From Pseudomonadales bacterium (GTDB lineage Bacteria > Patescibacteriota > Microgenomatia > UBA1400 > PJMF01): a DNA stretch of 64,000 nt. A program made the translations under genes and the position numbers. Under the pieces are notes generated by a model that saw nothing but the letters and a program-made list of their open reading frames with translations, had not been told where the DNA came from and ran no database searches. Below are positions 30,393 through 41,313 of the stretch, piece after piece (position 1 is the first letter of the stretch; each line of letters begins with the position of its first letter). The stretch lies in the NCBI GenBank assembly GCA_020632265.1, contig JACKFW010000001.1, positions 337,892 to 401,891 on the forward strand, written 5' to 3'.

Positions 30393-31451
30393 ATGGCTTC
30401 TAAAAAAACTTTTCTAGTGATATTAGCAGTAACGGTGATTATTTTAGCAATCATTGTGTCCTTAAACCCAAATTTCAGTAATCAAAAAGACAATTCAGTC
30501 ACAGACCGATCGATAGAAATGGTGACTAATGAATCTAATTTGCCACCTTCTCCTTTTCCATTTCAAGAACTTACAATACCATTTTTAAGAAATAAAACCT
30601 ACCAAAGCAATTTAGGAGAGCTGATGCAAGTTGAATCAAATTCCAACTACACTTCATATCTTACAAGCTATGATTCCGATGGACTTAAAATTAACAGCTT
30701 GCTTACAATTCCAGAAGGTGAAGCTCCCACAGGTGGTTGGCCCGCAGTTATTTTCTTACATGGGTATATTCCGCCTCAAAATTATCAAACCCAAAAAAAT
30801 TATCTTGCTTATGTTGATTATTTGGCCAAAAACAGCCTGGTCGTACTCAAAATTGATTATAGAGGACATGGAAATTCTGAGGGTGATGCAACTGGCGCAT
30901 ATTACTCAGGAGACTATATTGTAGATACCTTGAATGCTTATTCTGCTTTGGAAAATACGGAATTTGTGGATAAATCCAAAATATATCTTTGGGGACATTC
31001 AATGTCGGGAAATATTGTGTTGAGATCTTTAGCAGTCCAACCTTCTATTCCTAAAGCCGTCATTTGGGCTGGAGCTGTATACACTTATGATGATTTCCAA
31101 AATTTTAGAATTTCTGATAGTTCATACCAACCACCAGAAAGTAGAACTGAACACAGTCGCAATCGCCAAGAATTGAGAGATACATATGGAGACTTTAACC
31201 CAGAAAATTGGTTCTGGAAACAAGTGCCAGCCACTAATTACCTATCTGAAATAAGGGGAAAAATTCAAATCCATCACGCAGTTGATGACACAACCGTTGA
31301 TATTGGCTATTCAAGAAATTTGAACACAATACTTAATCAAACAGATATTATTCATGAATTATTTGAATATCAAAGTGGCGGACATAATATTAGTGGAGCA
31401 AGTTTTAACCAAGCAATGAACAGAACCGTTGAGTTTTTAAAAACTTTTTAA
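30393..31451 (+). CDS. alpha/beta hydrolase (S9/dienelactone-hydrolase-like) with N-terminal TM anchor
   Basis: Nucleophile elbow GHSMSG, HG oxyanion region (FLHGY), and downstream Asp/His. Confidence 0.7.
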   Translation: MASKKTFLVILAVTVIILAIIVSLNPNFSNQKDNSVTDRSIEMVTNESNLPPSPFPFQELTIPFLRNKTYQSNLGELMQVESNSNYTSYLTSYDSDGLKINSLLTIPEGEAPTGGWPAVIFLHGYIPPQNYQTQKNYLAYVDYLAKNSLVVLKIDYRGHGNSEGDATGAYYSGDYIVDTLNAYSALENTEFVDKSKIYLWGHSMSGNIVLRSLAVQPSIPKAVIWAGAVYTYDDFQNFRISDSSYQPPESRTEHSRNRQELRDTYGDFNPENWFWKQVPATNYLSEIRGKIQIHHAVDDTTVDIGYSRNLNTILNQTDIIHELFEYQSGGHNISGASFNQAMNRTVEFLKTF

Positions 31452-31470
31452 ATAAATTTATCACCAAATA

Positions 31471-32166
31471 CTACTCAACAGATTCTAAATTTGCTAACAC
31501 CAATAATCGGCGCCAAGTTGTTCCAGGAGGAGTACAAGTCATCAAAATCAAATCAGCATCTGGATTATTTTCAAGAAATGAAACCGCTTCTGGAGATACC
31601 TCTTTGGTTTGGGTCACTTTATAGATATAGGGCGCGCCTTTATAGTAAATCTTAATCTCATCACCAGCTTCCATTTTGTTTAGTAAATAAAAAATTGAGT
31701 TATAGCGGCGCGCCATCGTAATGTCGCCACTAGCATGAGCAAACAAAAACATCGTTTTTTCTTGTCCTGGCAAACCTGTGCCTGCAGCCTGAGCAACGCC
31801 TTTTGCTAATTCGCGCTGATAAATATTGGCGTCAAATGGATCTACTTTTGCCACAATTGGAGCATTTGCATCTATTTTAGAAATTACGATACCAAAATTA
31901 GTATCAACAGGCTCAATTTCTTTTTGCTCAACTGTTTTACTGTTAAAAAAATATTGAATTTGTTTTGGCGCATCGCCTTGAACAATGGCATTAAATAACT
32001 CTGGCGAATATTTTTCTGTAAATTTTTTAATTTGAATTGGAACAGTATTCTTTACAAAATAGCTTGTTTCGGAAAATATTATTGGTCCGTAAGAATATGA
32101 AAGAGTGCTCAAGCCGAACAACAATAGACCAAAGCCTATTGTTGTTGTAACTAATTTCGTTTTCAT
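31471..32166 (-). CDS. sortase (class with TLxTC-type active site)
   Basis: N-terminal TM helix, a His region (FAHASG) and the catalytic LILMTCTP motif. Its ATG overlaps the stop of the LPXTG giant gene (ATGA at 32166). Confidence 0.8.
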   Translation of the reverse strand: MKTKLVTTTIGFGLLLFGLSTLSYSYGPIIFSETSYFVKNTVPIQIKKFTEKYSPELFNAIVQGDAPKQIQYFFNSKTVEQKEIEPVDTNFGIVISKIDANAPIVAKVDPFDANIYQRELAKGVAQAAGTGLPGQEKTMFLFAHASGDITMARRYNSIFYLLNKMEAGDEIKIYYKGAPYIYKVTQTKEVSPEAVSFLENNPDADLILMTCTPPGTTWRRLLVLANLESVE

Positions 32167-35100
32167 TATTTACGCTTAGAAAAAAAGATGAAATAGATAA
32201 TAGTTAAAATACCAAAACCTAAAAGTAATGGTAAGCCGAAACGACCAAGAGTAGACCAAAGTTTATCAGTTTCAATACCCAATACTTTTCCATCTGCATT
32301 GACATCTACCTCATTAGTTTCTCCACTTTCTCCTGTTTCACCAGCGACCTCACCGTTGGCATCTTCTCCTACCTCGCCTGTTTCAGTTTCTCCTGCGATT
32401 TCACCTGCTGTGCCACCACCAGCTACGAAAGATTCTCCGACTGGAATTGCACCGAGAGCAACTTGCTGAGTTTCGCCCGTAGTAGAATTTGTGAAAACAA
32501 CTGTTATATCTTCATCCCCAACTAAATCTGAAGCATTATTGTTATCATCAAAAGCTCTGATAGCATAATAATAATCTTTGCCACAATCAGATTTTGTATT
32601 GTTAAATGTGTAATCTTGATTTGGACCAATGGCAATTGTATCTACGCGTGAACCCGCATCAGCTGTGAAATATGTATTGTTATCACTACGATAAATTTCA
32701 ACTCTACTAGTTTGCCCATCATCGGCGGTTTTGAATTTAATCTCATACTCACAATTGTTCTTGGCTGATTTATTATAATTCCTTGGTTTATCTGGGCCAT
32801 CATTGTCGAGACCAACTCTAACCTCACTGCTATTTATGTCGGTGCCATCGCCAGCAATCACAACCCTGAAGTCATAATTACTGTTGACATCAAGGTTTTG
32901 GGCATCGCAGTAACCAGAATTACCACCGGGCTTGACAACGTAATTTGTGGTGATATTAGTCCAAGCGCCATCATTTTTCTGTTGCTGACACTGGGCTGTT
33001 ACTGACAAATTGTCGGTGTTTAAAACCACGAAGTCTACTTTCATGTCTCTTTTATTGGTCGTAGCATCCTGACCATACTCAGTAATACTGTTGTATGGTT
33101 CTTCAACTCTGACCGAAGTGAAAGCTTGAGCTGGTTTGGCAAAATATAGTGATGCGCCAACCATTAATAATAGTAATAGAGTTTTACCAAATGATTTATT
33201 ACCAGATTTGTGCAAGCGTTTACCAAATAACAGTATCAATGCGCCAACTAAGGTACTAAGTAATGCAAGGATGTTAATCCAAGCATTTGCGCCAGTGGCT
33301 GGAAGCTGAGTACTTGCTCCAAGTACTTCACCTTCTTTCTCTTCAGTACGATCAATGTCGTAGTTTTTGGCAGGAGTTTGATCAACTACAACTGCAATCT
33401 GAGTGCCGGCAAAATGTTCTTCACCATAGTGACCTTCAGTTCCTTCTTCTGAAATTGCGGTTAAATCAGCATCTGTACCTCCAACTGCATCCTCTTGAGC
33501 ACTAGTTCCTGTTGCCCAAGCCATATCTGGGTAAACTCCTGGATCGGTTGAATTATCAATCTTGGTTTTGTAAGTCAGAGTAACAACTTCATCTTTTACA
33601 AGATTACCTAGTTGCCAAACACCTGGAGAAGCATAGGTTGGCTCAGTGGTTGTACCACCTTTCAAATCACCACGTTCGGTAGACTCAGCTGTATAGCTGT
33701 CAGGAACATATTCAAACTGTTCTGGTGGAAGATCAAAGACCTGTGCACCTAAAACTGGACCACCTACAGCAGTTACTTTAATTGTATATTCAACTTCACT
33801 TCCTGGCTGTTGGTTGTCAGGCGAATCAATGCTGGATTTTTCAATACGAAAACCACTTTCAATGAAGTTACCAAAGTTGGCTGTTTCAGTTTCACCAGAT
33901 TGGTCAATCACAACTTCGTGGCAAAGTTCACCATCAGGTTCTATTGATTGCCAACCCCAGTTGGTTCGGTCTTCTTCACAAACTGTGTATGTTCCCTTTG
34001 TTAAATCAGTAAAAGAATAAGCACCATTTTCATCTGTATTTACTTTTTGCTCTTCAATATCATTTCCAGAAAGACTAATGCCCCAATACTGCATTTTTGA
34101 TTCTCCTTCATCATATTGACCATTCTGATTTTCATCAAAATACTTGATGCCCTCAATATTTCCTGGTCGATAATTACCAACGTAACAAGTAGTAGCTTGA
34201 CCAGGTTGAACTTCAACAAGACGACTATTTGGTCTAACAACATCCAGAATTTCTTGTGCAAAGGCAACTGATACTCCTAAGATTTTATCCAACAAACTTG
34301 ATGAATCTGATTGTTGTGCATCAGGTGAAGGAGTTGGTGAAACAGAATTATTAGCACAAACAATGTCAGTTACACCCATAACCGGACACCAATTGCCCCA
34401 TCCCATTTGAACATCCCCTTGTCTATTAAATAAATTACAGCTTTGAAATTCAGTACAAGGACGTGCTTGGCCATAAGAAACTAAAGAATCATATCCATTA
34501 ACTTCACAAGCCCATAGAGCACAAGTTGCTGCATCTCCACAGCCATTCCAACCTTCACAATTACCATGGTGGCCATATGCTTCTCCTTGAGAAGTAATCA
34601 TAACGCCTTCTATATTAGAGTCACAACTAATTGCTGACTGCTCCCATCCTTTTTGAAGTTCTTCAGACAAGCTGTATGTCCCTCCCAGCACACTAAAATT
34701 AGTCATTCCACCCAACCCAGTTGTTTGAATCAAATCAGCCATTTCATTTTTACCCAAAACCATATTCCATTCTGGTAAAAATGGCTCACCTACATCATGA
34801 ATACCATTAGTATTTAGATCTTCATATTTATACACGTTAATATCACCATATTGAGTATTGCCAAAATTATATTCTGGTCCAGTCACCGCATTTTTACTAA
34901 CAGCTAAACGTTGTAGATTTTGATCAGGTAGTGTTACACTATGACATACTGGATCAATAGGATAGGTTTGTACCCAACCGTCTTGTGACACCTCACAAAT
35001 TTGGTAAGTTCCAGCAGTTAAACCTTCAAACCAATACCAGCCAAAATGATCTTCTTCGTTGGAGGTTGTGGTTTTTGGTTCACCATCATCCCATTGTTGA

Positions 35101-38100
35101 TTACTATTTTGATCAATAAAGATCTCCCAATCAGGTAATAGTTTTTCATCACCTCTTACACCATCTCTATCTTGATCATCCCATTTATATCCATGAATAT
35201 CATAAGTTTGAACATTACCAAAACTGATTGATTGGGAAGAACCGTCTTGATCTAGAGTAACTGCTTTGCAAACCTCGGCATCAGATGACCCTGGATCAGT
35301 GTTTGCCCAACCAGATTGATTGACTTCACAAACTTGGTAATTTCCAGGAGACAGTGAAATGAAATCATAAGCTCCTTCAACATCTGTAGTATCTAAACCA
35401 AGTAACTGTTGCTTATTTTCGTTATAGAGCTTAATTGTCCAACCCTCAAGACCTACTTCACCACTAGTCCAATCACCACTCATGTTGCTGTCTAAATATT
35501 TTTGACCATAGATATTTCCCAAGTGTTGATTAGTGATAGTAATTTCCGGAACCTTATCCCCAACTGTAAATGTAGCAGGGTAATAGGTAACTACATCGCT
35601 AGCAACCGTTGTCGATTGATAATACCAACCTTCTTTTGGTACCTCAAAGACTTGATAATCTCCAAATGGCACATCATCGAATGTTATGCAACCACTTTCG
35701 TCAGTTTGATCTGAGTCTATTACTGCACCGATTTGCGCTCTAAAATCACCAGTGTTTACATTATCACCATAGTTATCGTCAAATATCGAAAGATTTAAAT
35801 TACCTCCAGAAAATCCAGTTACTAAAGTGCTGTAAAGATGAGAAGGGTTATAACCACCCCAGTTGATATTCTGACCAGCAACTTTTAACTCAAGTGCTCC
35901 GGGAATACTTAACAAGTCGCCATTGATCCAACCATCCAAGTAAGGAGGAATGCTTTGGTAACGATATGAGTACCCAGCATCAGCGCCTTCGCTATCACCA
36001 CGATACTTGTAGTAGCCCGAACTGTAAACGACATAGTCTCCATCTGCAAGCGAAACATCAATACCAGTACCAATAGTAACAGGTATCTGTTCATCAAAAC
36101 CAGTTGGCTGACTTAATCCAACGGTCCAACCTGCCTGTGGTTGGCCATTTTGATCTTGTTTGCAGACTGTGACGTCGTTAACAAGCGGATAATTGCCAAA
36201 ACGGAAGTTTCGGACTTCTTCTCCAGAAGAAACGGTAACATCGCGACAAATCAGGTCGTTATTTTTGTATCCTGTGGCATAATCAAGATCGCTGCTTCCC
36301 CAATTATCTTGAAGTGTTTCGCAGACTGAATAAGCACCTGGTTTCAAATTTTTAAAGGTAGTCCAGCCATTAGGACCGGTTATTTGTGGACCAGCCACTT
36401 GATTTCCTTGATCATCGAGTAAAACAAATGCCCAACCTTGAAGGCCTGGTTCTGGATCAGCACCAAAATTGATCTTGCCATCGTGATTTCTGTCTTCATA
36501 TTTATTAACTAATATTTTTCCAAGCTGATAATTAGCAAAGCGGAAGTTGTTAACTGTTTCTCCTGAATCAACGCTAACAGTTCGACAAATTTCACCAGCG
36601 CCATTTTGAGTAGCATTGGCTTGTTCTAGATCACTACTCGACCAATCGGATTGAGGTACCTCACAAACCGAGTAGTCTCCAGGAATAACATCTTTAAAAG
36701 TAGTCCATCCGTTTGGTCCTGTAGTTTGGGGACCAGCCACTAATTGCTCATTTGAGTCATACAGTTTGAACGACCAACCTTGTAGACCTGGTTCATCTGA
36801 AGTTTTTTTACCGTTTGCATTAAGGTCTTCGAATTTGTTGACTAAAATTTTGCCTGAAACTGGCAGTTCGGCATTAAATGCTACGCAGTAGTAACTACCA
36901 CCGGGCTGTGCATTACTAATGCTCTCGTAGTTATCATACTTATAGTGATCATCATTGCAGTAGAATTCGGCGCTCACATTACTGCCTGGGCTAGCATCTG
37001 GGGGGTAGGTAAAGGGAATGAATCCTTTTTGTAATACTTCTCTGAACCACAGGGTTTTGTTGTCTGGATTTGGTATTATGGCAGCCGCTGGACTTGCTTC
37101 AAATGTTTTAACATTAAATTCAGTCCAAGGAGCTCCGGCATATCCAATATACTCACCACTTTGTTTGGGTGCGGAGCCATCGTAACCCCACTCGAAGTCC
37201 CAATCAGAAGCTAACCGACATCGACCATTACTCTGGTCTACGTAGTCTTGAGCGGTTGTAGCGGTTACCTGCCCACCCGCATCATCGCCCCAGTTGGGGA
37301 GATCTGATTCAGATTGACACACAACTTTATGTGCGTAGACCGATACTAATTGTGATCCGTCACAACTCACACTCACATCATCAAGGAACATACCCAATGA
37401 ATCAGGGATTCCTAGTTCAACAAAGCTGATTGTTGTTAGATCTGCAGTAGCAATAAACGAATAAGTTTCGGTTTTCCATTGAGTAGTAGCTCCTCCAGCC
37501 ATAACTCCACTGTCAAATACCTCAATGCCACCTACAGTAACTTGCAAATGATTGCCAACATAATTTGGCCTTGGAGAATAGCTCCAAGTTACTGTGTATT
37601 TATTTCCAGGAATGGTAGGAATACCCTGTGAAAGTGAGATAGATGCTGGCTCTCCACTATAGTTATCATTAGGTCCACCCCAATCAGTGTCTAATTCAAC
37701 GTACTGCTGACCTTCTGAGGCTAATCCCAAAACACCTCTGTGAAGTTCAATTTTGGGCTCAGGTCGATCATGACCGCCCCAAGTTTCAGGTATGTTGTAC
37801 CAACTGGCCGTCCAGCCAGGAACTTGAGCACTCTCAAAAATATCCCATTTTGCACTAGTGGTAACTACCGGAATTTCAAAACTGCCATCAGTAACCATTT
37901 CTGGTCGGCATTCATTGACCCAAGTACATTCGGTTGAACAACTGCCTTGGCCATTATCTGCTATGCCATAATCGCAAGATTCATTATTGTTCACTATGCC
38001 ATCACCACAACTAAGTGAGGGTGTTGGGGTTGGGGTTGGTGTTGGAGAAGGAGATGGTTCGGGAACATTGCAGTCATTATTCCAAATAGCCTGTCCTTCG

Positions 38101-41045
38101 ATAGTCCAATTTTTGCCAGGGTATGTACAAATACCAGAATCACAGAAGTAGTAGAACGGTGGAATAATGTCGCCCCACGGATCTTCAGGATATACCCCTC
38201 CGTTATGATCATCGTGACCTTGGACATCAGCGCTTTTACTCGGATTTATACTGTTGTATGGATTTACATGGGCATTAGTAGAATGACAAATAGTCACCCT
38301 TTCGCAATCAGTGTCGTTGGTGTTAGCAAGTCCAGGAGAGATGCAACTAACAACGAAGTCGCCGCTGTTGTCGTTGGTGTCTTGGCCGTCAGGGAAGCGA
38401 GAGAGACCCAAGCTCTGATTCGAACTATCGTCAGTGCCGGCATTTGTGCCTTCGGTATATCCAGGTGTGTCTCCTTCATAACTAACAGTATCAATTAGAA
38501 TTGCCGCTGGTTCTGACCCAAAAAAGAGCGCTACTGCATCGGGACCTCCGTTTTGGATTAAGTCAGTGCTTGGAGAAACTTCCAAATCGCAATTAGGAAC
38601 ATTGGCACTGTCTCCACAGACCACATAATAATCGCCTGCACCGAGATCAACGTCGGGAAGATCTATTGTATGGTAATTGAGTGGTGGAACCACGCCTCCA
38701 TTGATTAGGCGTAACTCAAATCCATCAAGGTTGGCTGATGCTTCGCCGGTGTTTTTGAGCTCGATAAATTCAGCATGATCTGTGCTCTGTTGATCGTAGT
38801 CAATTTCGTTGATTTTTAGTAAAACTGTTTGAGTGGTTGTGCTAGTGATTTCCTCACTCACTGACTCAGGAGAGCCGTGAGAAACTGCTCGGAAGTAGTA
38901 CTCAGTTACAGAACTCAACCCAAAAACTGTCACATTATGATTAGTTACCAAGGTTGAGTCTTCTGTCGTAGAGTATGCGTAACCATAATTTGATGCAGTT
39001 CCCAAGGATGAGTGGGAGACGGTGTCATAAATCACACGACTTGTGGCAGGATGATCGGTTGTCCAAGTGATTGTCACTGAATCCTCAGTGGGATTAGTGG
39101 CACTTTCGGTAGTAATTACTGGACCGATAATGCTCTCAGCTGTTCCAGCGTAATATGGATAGCCATCATTGATGGCAGGGTCGATGGCCCAAATGTTGTC
39201 AAAATCCCAGCCCGCATCAGTAAAGGTGGATTCTGCCTTCATTTCTGCGGTTGTTTTGCTGATTCTGCCCACACCATTTGCGTTGGTTTTGCCCGAAGTT
39301 TCTCTATCCCAAAAATTGGGTGCATCGTTACTATATGATCCCCAATCTTTCCCAATAAATCCTTTGCAATATTCTTGACTACAAGCAACTGTGCCTGTAG
39401 AGTAAGAATATCTAGTCGATCCGTTATCAAATCCAGCAAGTCCTCCAGAATTATTCGTGCCTGTCACATTTCCTCTCGCGTAAGAGTTGCTAATTGTTCC
39501 TGCATACATGTATCCAACCAGTCCTCCAGAAGTTCCACTTGATGAGCTCACTGTGGCAGTAGAGCTTGATTTACTAATTGAAGAATAATCGGATTGTCCA
39601 ACCAAACCTCCAACGTAGCCACCACTCCATCCCTCCATATCAGAATAAACAGTAGCATTAACCACCCCACTTGTTTGACAGTTTCTAATAGTGGCATTGT
39701 CTATCTGTCCCACCAGTCCTCCAACTTCGTATCGCCCGGTGATATTGACATTAAACAGTTTAATGTTGGCTAACTCTGCTCCTGTACCGACATACCCAAA
39801 CAATCCCTGCCAATCGGCGGAGTTATCAAACATGTCAACAGGAGAACGGTTGATATAGAGATTGGTTATTGAATAGTTATTTCCATCTAAAGAGCCCGTA
39901 AACTTACTTGTGCTATTTCCAATGGGTACAAATCCCTTTCCGCCGTTCCAGCTTGAGGTTGCGGAACAATCAATATCGTTCATTACGGAATAAACTCCAG
40001 AGAGATTATCTTTGACGGCCTGTAATTCATCACAAGTAGTAATTTGGGTTATGGGCTTTGCAACACCACCAATCACGATAAAGGTGGTGAAGTGATCTAA
40101 GCCAGAAACAGTTACCTGGTCATCCTGAACTTTTTGCTCTATATTTATTTCTCCTACTTTATCCTTAACTAAATTGATATCATCTTCGTTTATTTTGTCT
40201 TTTGATTCTGTCAAGGGCTTTTCTATATAAACCACTTCTGCTTCAGAATTTTCTGCCTTTGGTAATGTCACATCATACTTAAATGTCCCATCAGCCATAT
40301 CAGTTGTAATGTCATATGCATACTCAGCGTCAGTTACTACCGAATTTGGCAAGTTCAAATCACTGACCAAGACTCGCTCAATTCTCAAACCAGAACGCTG
40401 ACTCAGTTCTTTTGGTAAACACGAAAAGGTAACACTGACTTTGTTATCCAATGGGAATTCATAAACAACTCCTGACCTAACGTCCATAGTAGTTTCAGCT
40501 ACGCCATTCTGAGAATCAACTTCCCAAAGAGTTTCGCCAGCAGTCAGACCAACTTCATCAATATTTACACATTCTTGCTCAACCAATTCAGGATTCACTT
40601 CAGCATCACCAAAAACCACCTTACCATCAACTAATTGAAATGATTGATTAAATGAACTACCAATACTTAAATTACCACGAGAAAAATTAGCTGGGATACA
40701 ATCCTCACCAGAACAAGTACCAACATAGACTTCAGCACCAAAAACACCTGGCTCAACTTCAGCTAATTTTCCCTCAGCTGCCTGAGTTACTTCTGGATCT
40801 TGACTTTTATCAACATAGGAAAGGGTGTAAAAAAGCTCCTGATCAGTATTTACAAATAAATCGAATGAATGACTAGACGCATTAAATGCCAAATTAACAT
40901 CAGCGACACTAACACTAGCCTCAGCCTGCGCCACCGCCGGGTTGGTCATTAAAACTGGCAATGCCGCAAAGGGTTGAAAAACTAGGAAAAGAGCTTGAAA
41001 CGAACTGAATAATTTGATAAAAAAACTACGAAAGCGTTTGTTCAT
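32166..41045 (-). CDS. giant (2959 aa) cell-surface adhesin-like protein with internal LPATG sorting signal
   Basis: Signal peptide, then a lamin-tail-like domain, an FN3-like domain, at least 6 SdrD-B/Cna-B-like repeats (G.ILVNKYED.N.DG...GLQGW...TTG.NGW..F..L.PG.Y.VCE), a DUF11-like domain, and LPATG with a TM helix and a KRLHK tail at ~33285. The frame continues in-frame for 318 aa more, with a second signal-like segment and a terminal TM helix plus KRK. Confidence 0.85.
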   Translation of the reverse strand: MNKRFRSFFIKLFSSFQALFLVFQPFAALPVLMTNPAVAQAEASVSVADVNLAFNASSHSFDLFVNTDQELFYTLSYVDKSQDPEVTQAAEGKLAEVEPGVFGAEVYVGTCSGEDCIPANFSRGNLSIGSSFNQSFQLVDGKVVFGDAEVNPELVEQECVNIDEVGLTAGETLWEVDSQNGVAETTMDVRSGVVYEFPLDNKVSVTFSCLPKELSQRSGLRIERVLVSDLNLPNSVVTDAEYAYDITTDMADGTFKYDVTLPKAENSEAEVVYIEKPLTESKDKINEDDINLVKDKVGEINIEQKVQDDQVTVSGLDHFTTFIVIGGVAKPITQITTCDELQAVKDNLSGVYSVMNDIDCSATSSWNGGKGFVPIGNSTSKFTGSLDGNNYSITNLYINRSPVDMFDNSADWQGLFGYVGTGAELANIKLFNVNITGRYEVGGLVGQIDNATIRNCQTSGVVNATVYSDMEGWSGGYVGGLVGQSDYSSISKSSSTATVSSSSGTSGGLVGYMYAGTISNSYARGNVTGTNNSGGLAGFDNGSTRYSYSTGTVACSQEYCKGFIGKDWGSYSNDAPNFWDRETSGKTNANGVGRISKTTAEMKAESTFTDAGWDFDNIWAIDPAINDGYPYYAGTAESIIGPVITTESATNPTEDSVTITWTTDHPATSRVIYDTVSHSSLGTASNYGYAYSTTEDSTLVTNHNVTVFGLSSVTEYYFRAVSHGSPESVSEEITSTTTQTVLLKINEIDYDQQSTDHAEFIELKNTGEASANLDGFELRLINGGVVPPLNYHTIDLPDVDLGAGDYYVVCGDSANVPNCDLEVSPSTDLIQNGGPDAVALFFGSEPAAILIDTVSYEGDTPGYTEGTNAGTDDSSNQSLGLSRFPDGQDTNDNSGDFVVSCISPGLANTNDTDCERVTICHSTNAHVNPYNSINPSKSADVQGHDDHNGGVYPEDPWGDIIPPFYYFCDSGICTYPGKNWTIEGQAIWNNDCNVPEPSPSPTPTPTPTPSLSCGDGIVNNNESCDYGIADNGQGSCSTECTWVNECRPEMVTDGSFEIPVVTTSAKWDIFESAQVPGWTASWYNIPETWGGHDRPEPKIELHRGVLGLASEGQQYVELDTDWGGPNDNYSGEPASISLSQGIPTIPGNKYTVTWSYSPRPNYVGNHLQVTVGGIEVFDSGVMAGGATTQWKTETYSFIATADLTTISFVELGIPDSLGMFLDDVSVSCDGSQLVSVYAHKVVCQSESDLPNWGDDAGGQVTATTAQDYVDQSNGRCRLASDWDFEWGYDGSAPKQSGEYIGYAGAPWTEFNVKTFEASPAAAIIPNPDNKTLWFREVLQKGFIPFTYPPDASPGSNVSAEFYCNDDHYKYDNYESISNAQPGGSYYCVAFNAELPVSGKILVNKFEDLNANGKKTSDEPGLQGWSFKLYDSNEQLVAGPQTTGPNGWTTFKDVIPGDYSVCEVPQSDWSSSDLEQANATQNGAGEICRTVSVDSGETVNNFRFANYQLGKILVNKYEDRNHDGKINFGADPEPGLQGWAFVLLDDQGNQVAGPQITGPNGWTTFKNLKPGAYSVCETLQDNWGSSDLDYATGYKNNDLICRDVTVSSGEEVRNFRFGNYPLVNDVTVCKQDQNGQPQAGWTVGLSQPTGFDEQIPVTIGTGIDVSLADGDYVVYSSGYYKYRGDSEGADAGYSYRYQSIPPYLDGWINGDLLSIPGALELKVAGQNINWGGYNPSHLYSTLVTGFSGGNLNLSIFDDNYGDNVNTGDFRAQIGAVIDSDQTDESGCITFDDVPFGDYQVFEVPKEGWYYQSTTVASDVVTYYPATFTVGDKVPEITITNQHLGNIYGQKYLDSNMSGDWTSGEVGLEGWTIKLYNENKQQLLGLDTTDVEGAYDFISLSPGNYQVCEVNQSGWANTDPGSSDAEVCKAVTLDQDGSSQSISFGNVQTYDIHGYKWDDQDRDGVRGDEKLLPDWEIFIDQNSNQQWDDGEPKTTTSNEEDHFGWYWFEGLTAGTYQICEVSQDGWVQTYPIDPVCHSVTLPDQNLQRLAVSKNAVTGPEYNFGNTQYGDINVYKYEDLNTNGIHDVGEPFLPEWNMVLGKNEMADLIQTTGLGGMTNFSVLGGTYSLSEELQKGWEQSAISCDSNIEGVMITSQGEAYGHHGNCEGWNGCGDAATCALWACEVNGYDSLVSYGQARPCTEFQSCNLFNRQGDVQMGWGNWCPVMGVTDIVCANNSVSPTPSPDAQQSDSSSLLDKILGVSVAFAQEILDVVRPNSRLVEVQPGQATTCYVGNYRPGNIEGIKYFDENQNGQYDEGESKMQYWGISLSGNDIEEQKVNTDENGAYSFTDLTKGTYTVCEEDRTNWGWQSIEPDGELCHEVVIDQSGETETANFGNFIESGFRIEKSSIDSPDNQQPGSEVEYTIKVTAVGGPVLGAQVFDLPPEQFEYVPDSYTAESTERGDLKGGTTTEPTYASPGVWQLGNLVKDEVVTLTYKTKIDNSTDPGVYPDMAWATGTSAQEDAVGGTDADLTAISEEGTEGHYGEEHFAGTQIAVVVDQTPAKNYDIDRTEEKEGEVLGASTQLPATGANAWINILALLSTLVGALILLFGKRLHKSGNKSFGKTLLLLLMVGASLYFAKPAQAFTSVRVEEPYNSITEYGQDATTNKRDMKVDFVVLNTDNLSVTAQCQQQKNDGAWTNITTNYVVKPGGNSGYCDAQNLDVNSNYDFRVVIAGDGTDINSSEVRVGLDNDGPDKPRNYNKSAKNNCEYEIKFKTADDGQTSRVEIYRSDNNTYFTADAGSRVDTIAIGPNQDYTFNNTKSDCGKDYYYAIRAFDDNNNASDLVGDEDITVVFTNSTTGETQQVALGAIPVGESFVAGGGTAGEIAGETETGEVGEDANGEVAGETGESGETNEVDVNADGKVLGIETDKLWSTLGRFGLPLLLGFGILTIIYFIFFSKRK

Positions 41046-41313
41046 AAAGTAGTTCCCTCAATTATTAATGAGTCGACAACTGACAAATCGACCAATATAT
41101 AAAAATATTGCAATGTTAATGTAAGCACATTCTACTACAATTTTACCGGGACGCAAGTATCTTCCAGAGTGCGTTTATTTTATATTTTCCAGGCTAAATT
41201 GATTTTTATTGGCTAAAATTTGTGACCACATTGATTTTTTTTGATACATTTATAAGTGCCATTTTTTTATCTATTTAGAAAGTTGAGTATTAAATGATAC
41301 AATCCGATTCGCT

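Noticed and set aside
32642-39439. Several 61-97-aa ORFs on both strands inside the giant adhesin gene, and similar antisense ORFs inside the ATPase, acd, helicase and HNH genes
   Set aside because: They are embedded in, or antisense to, long well-supported ORFs. They have low-complexity or atypical composition. They are treated as spurious.
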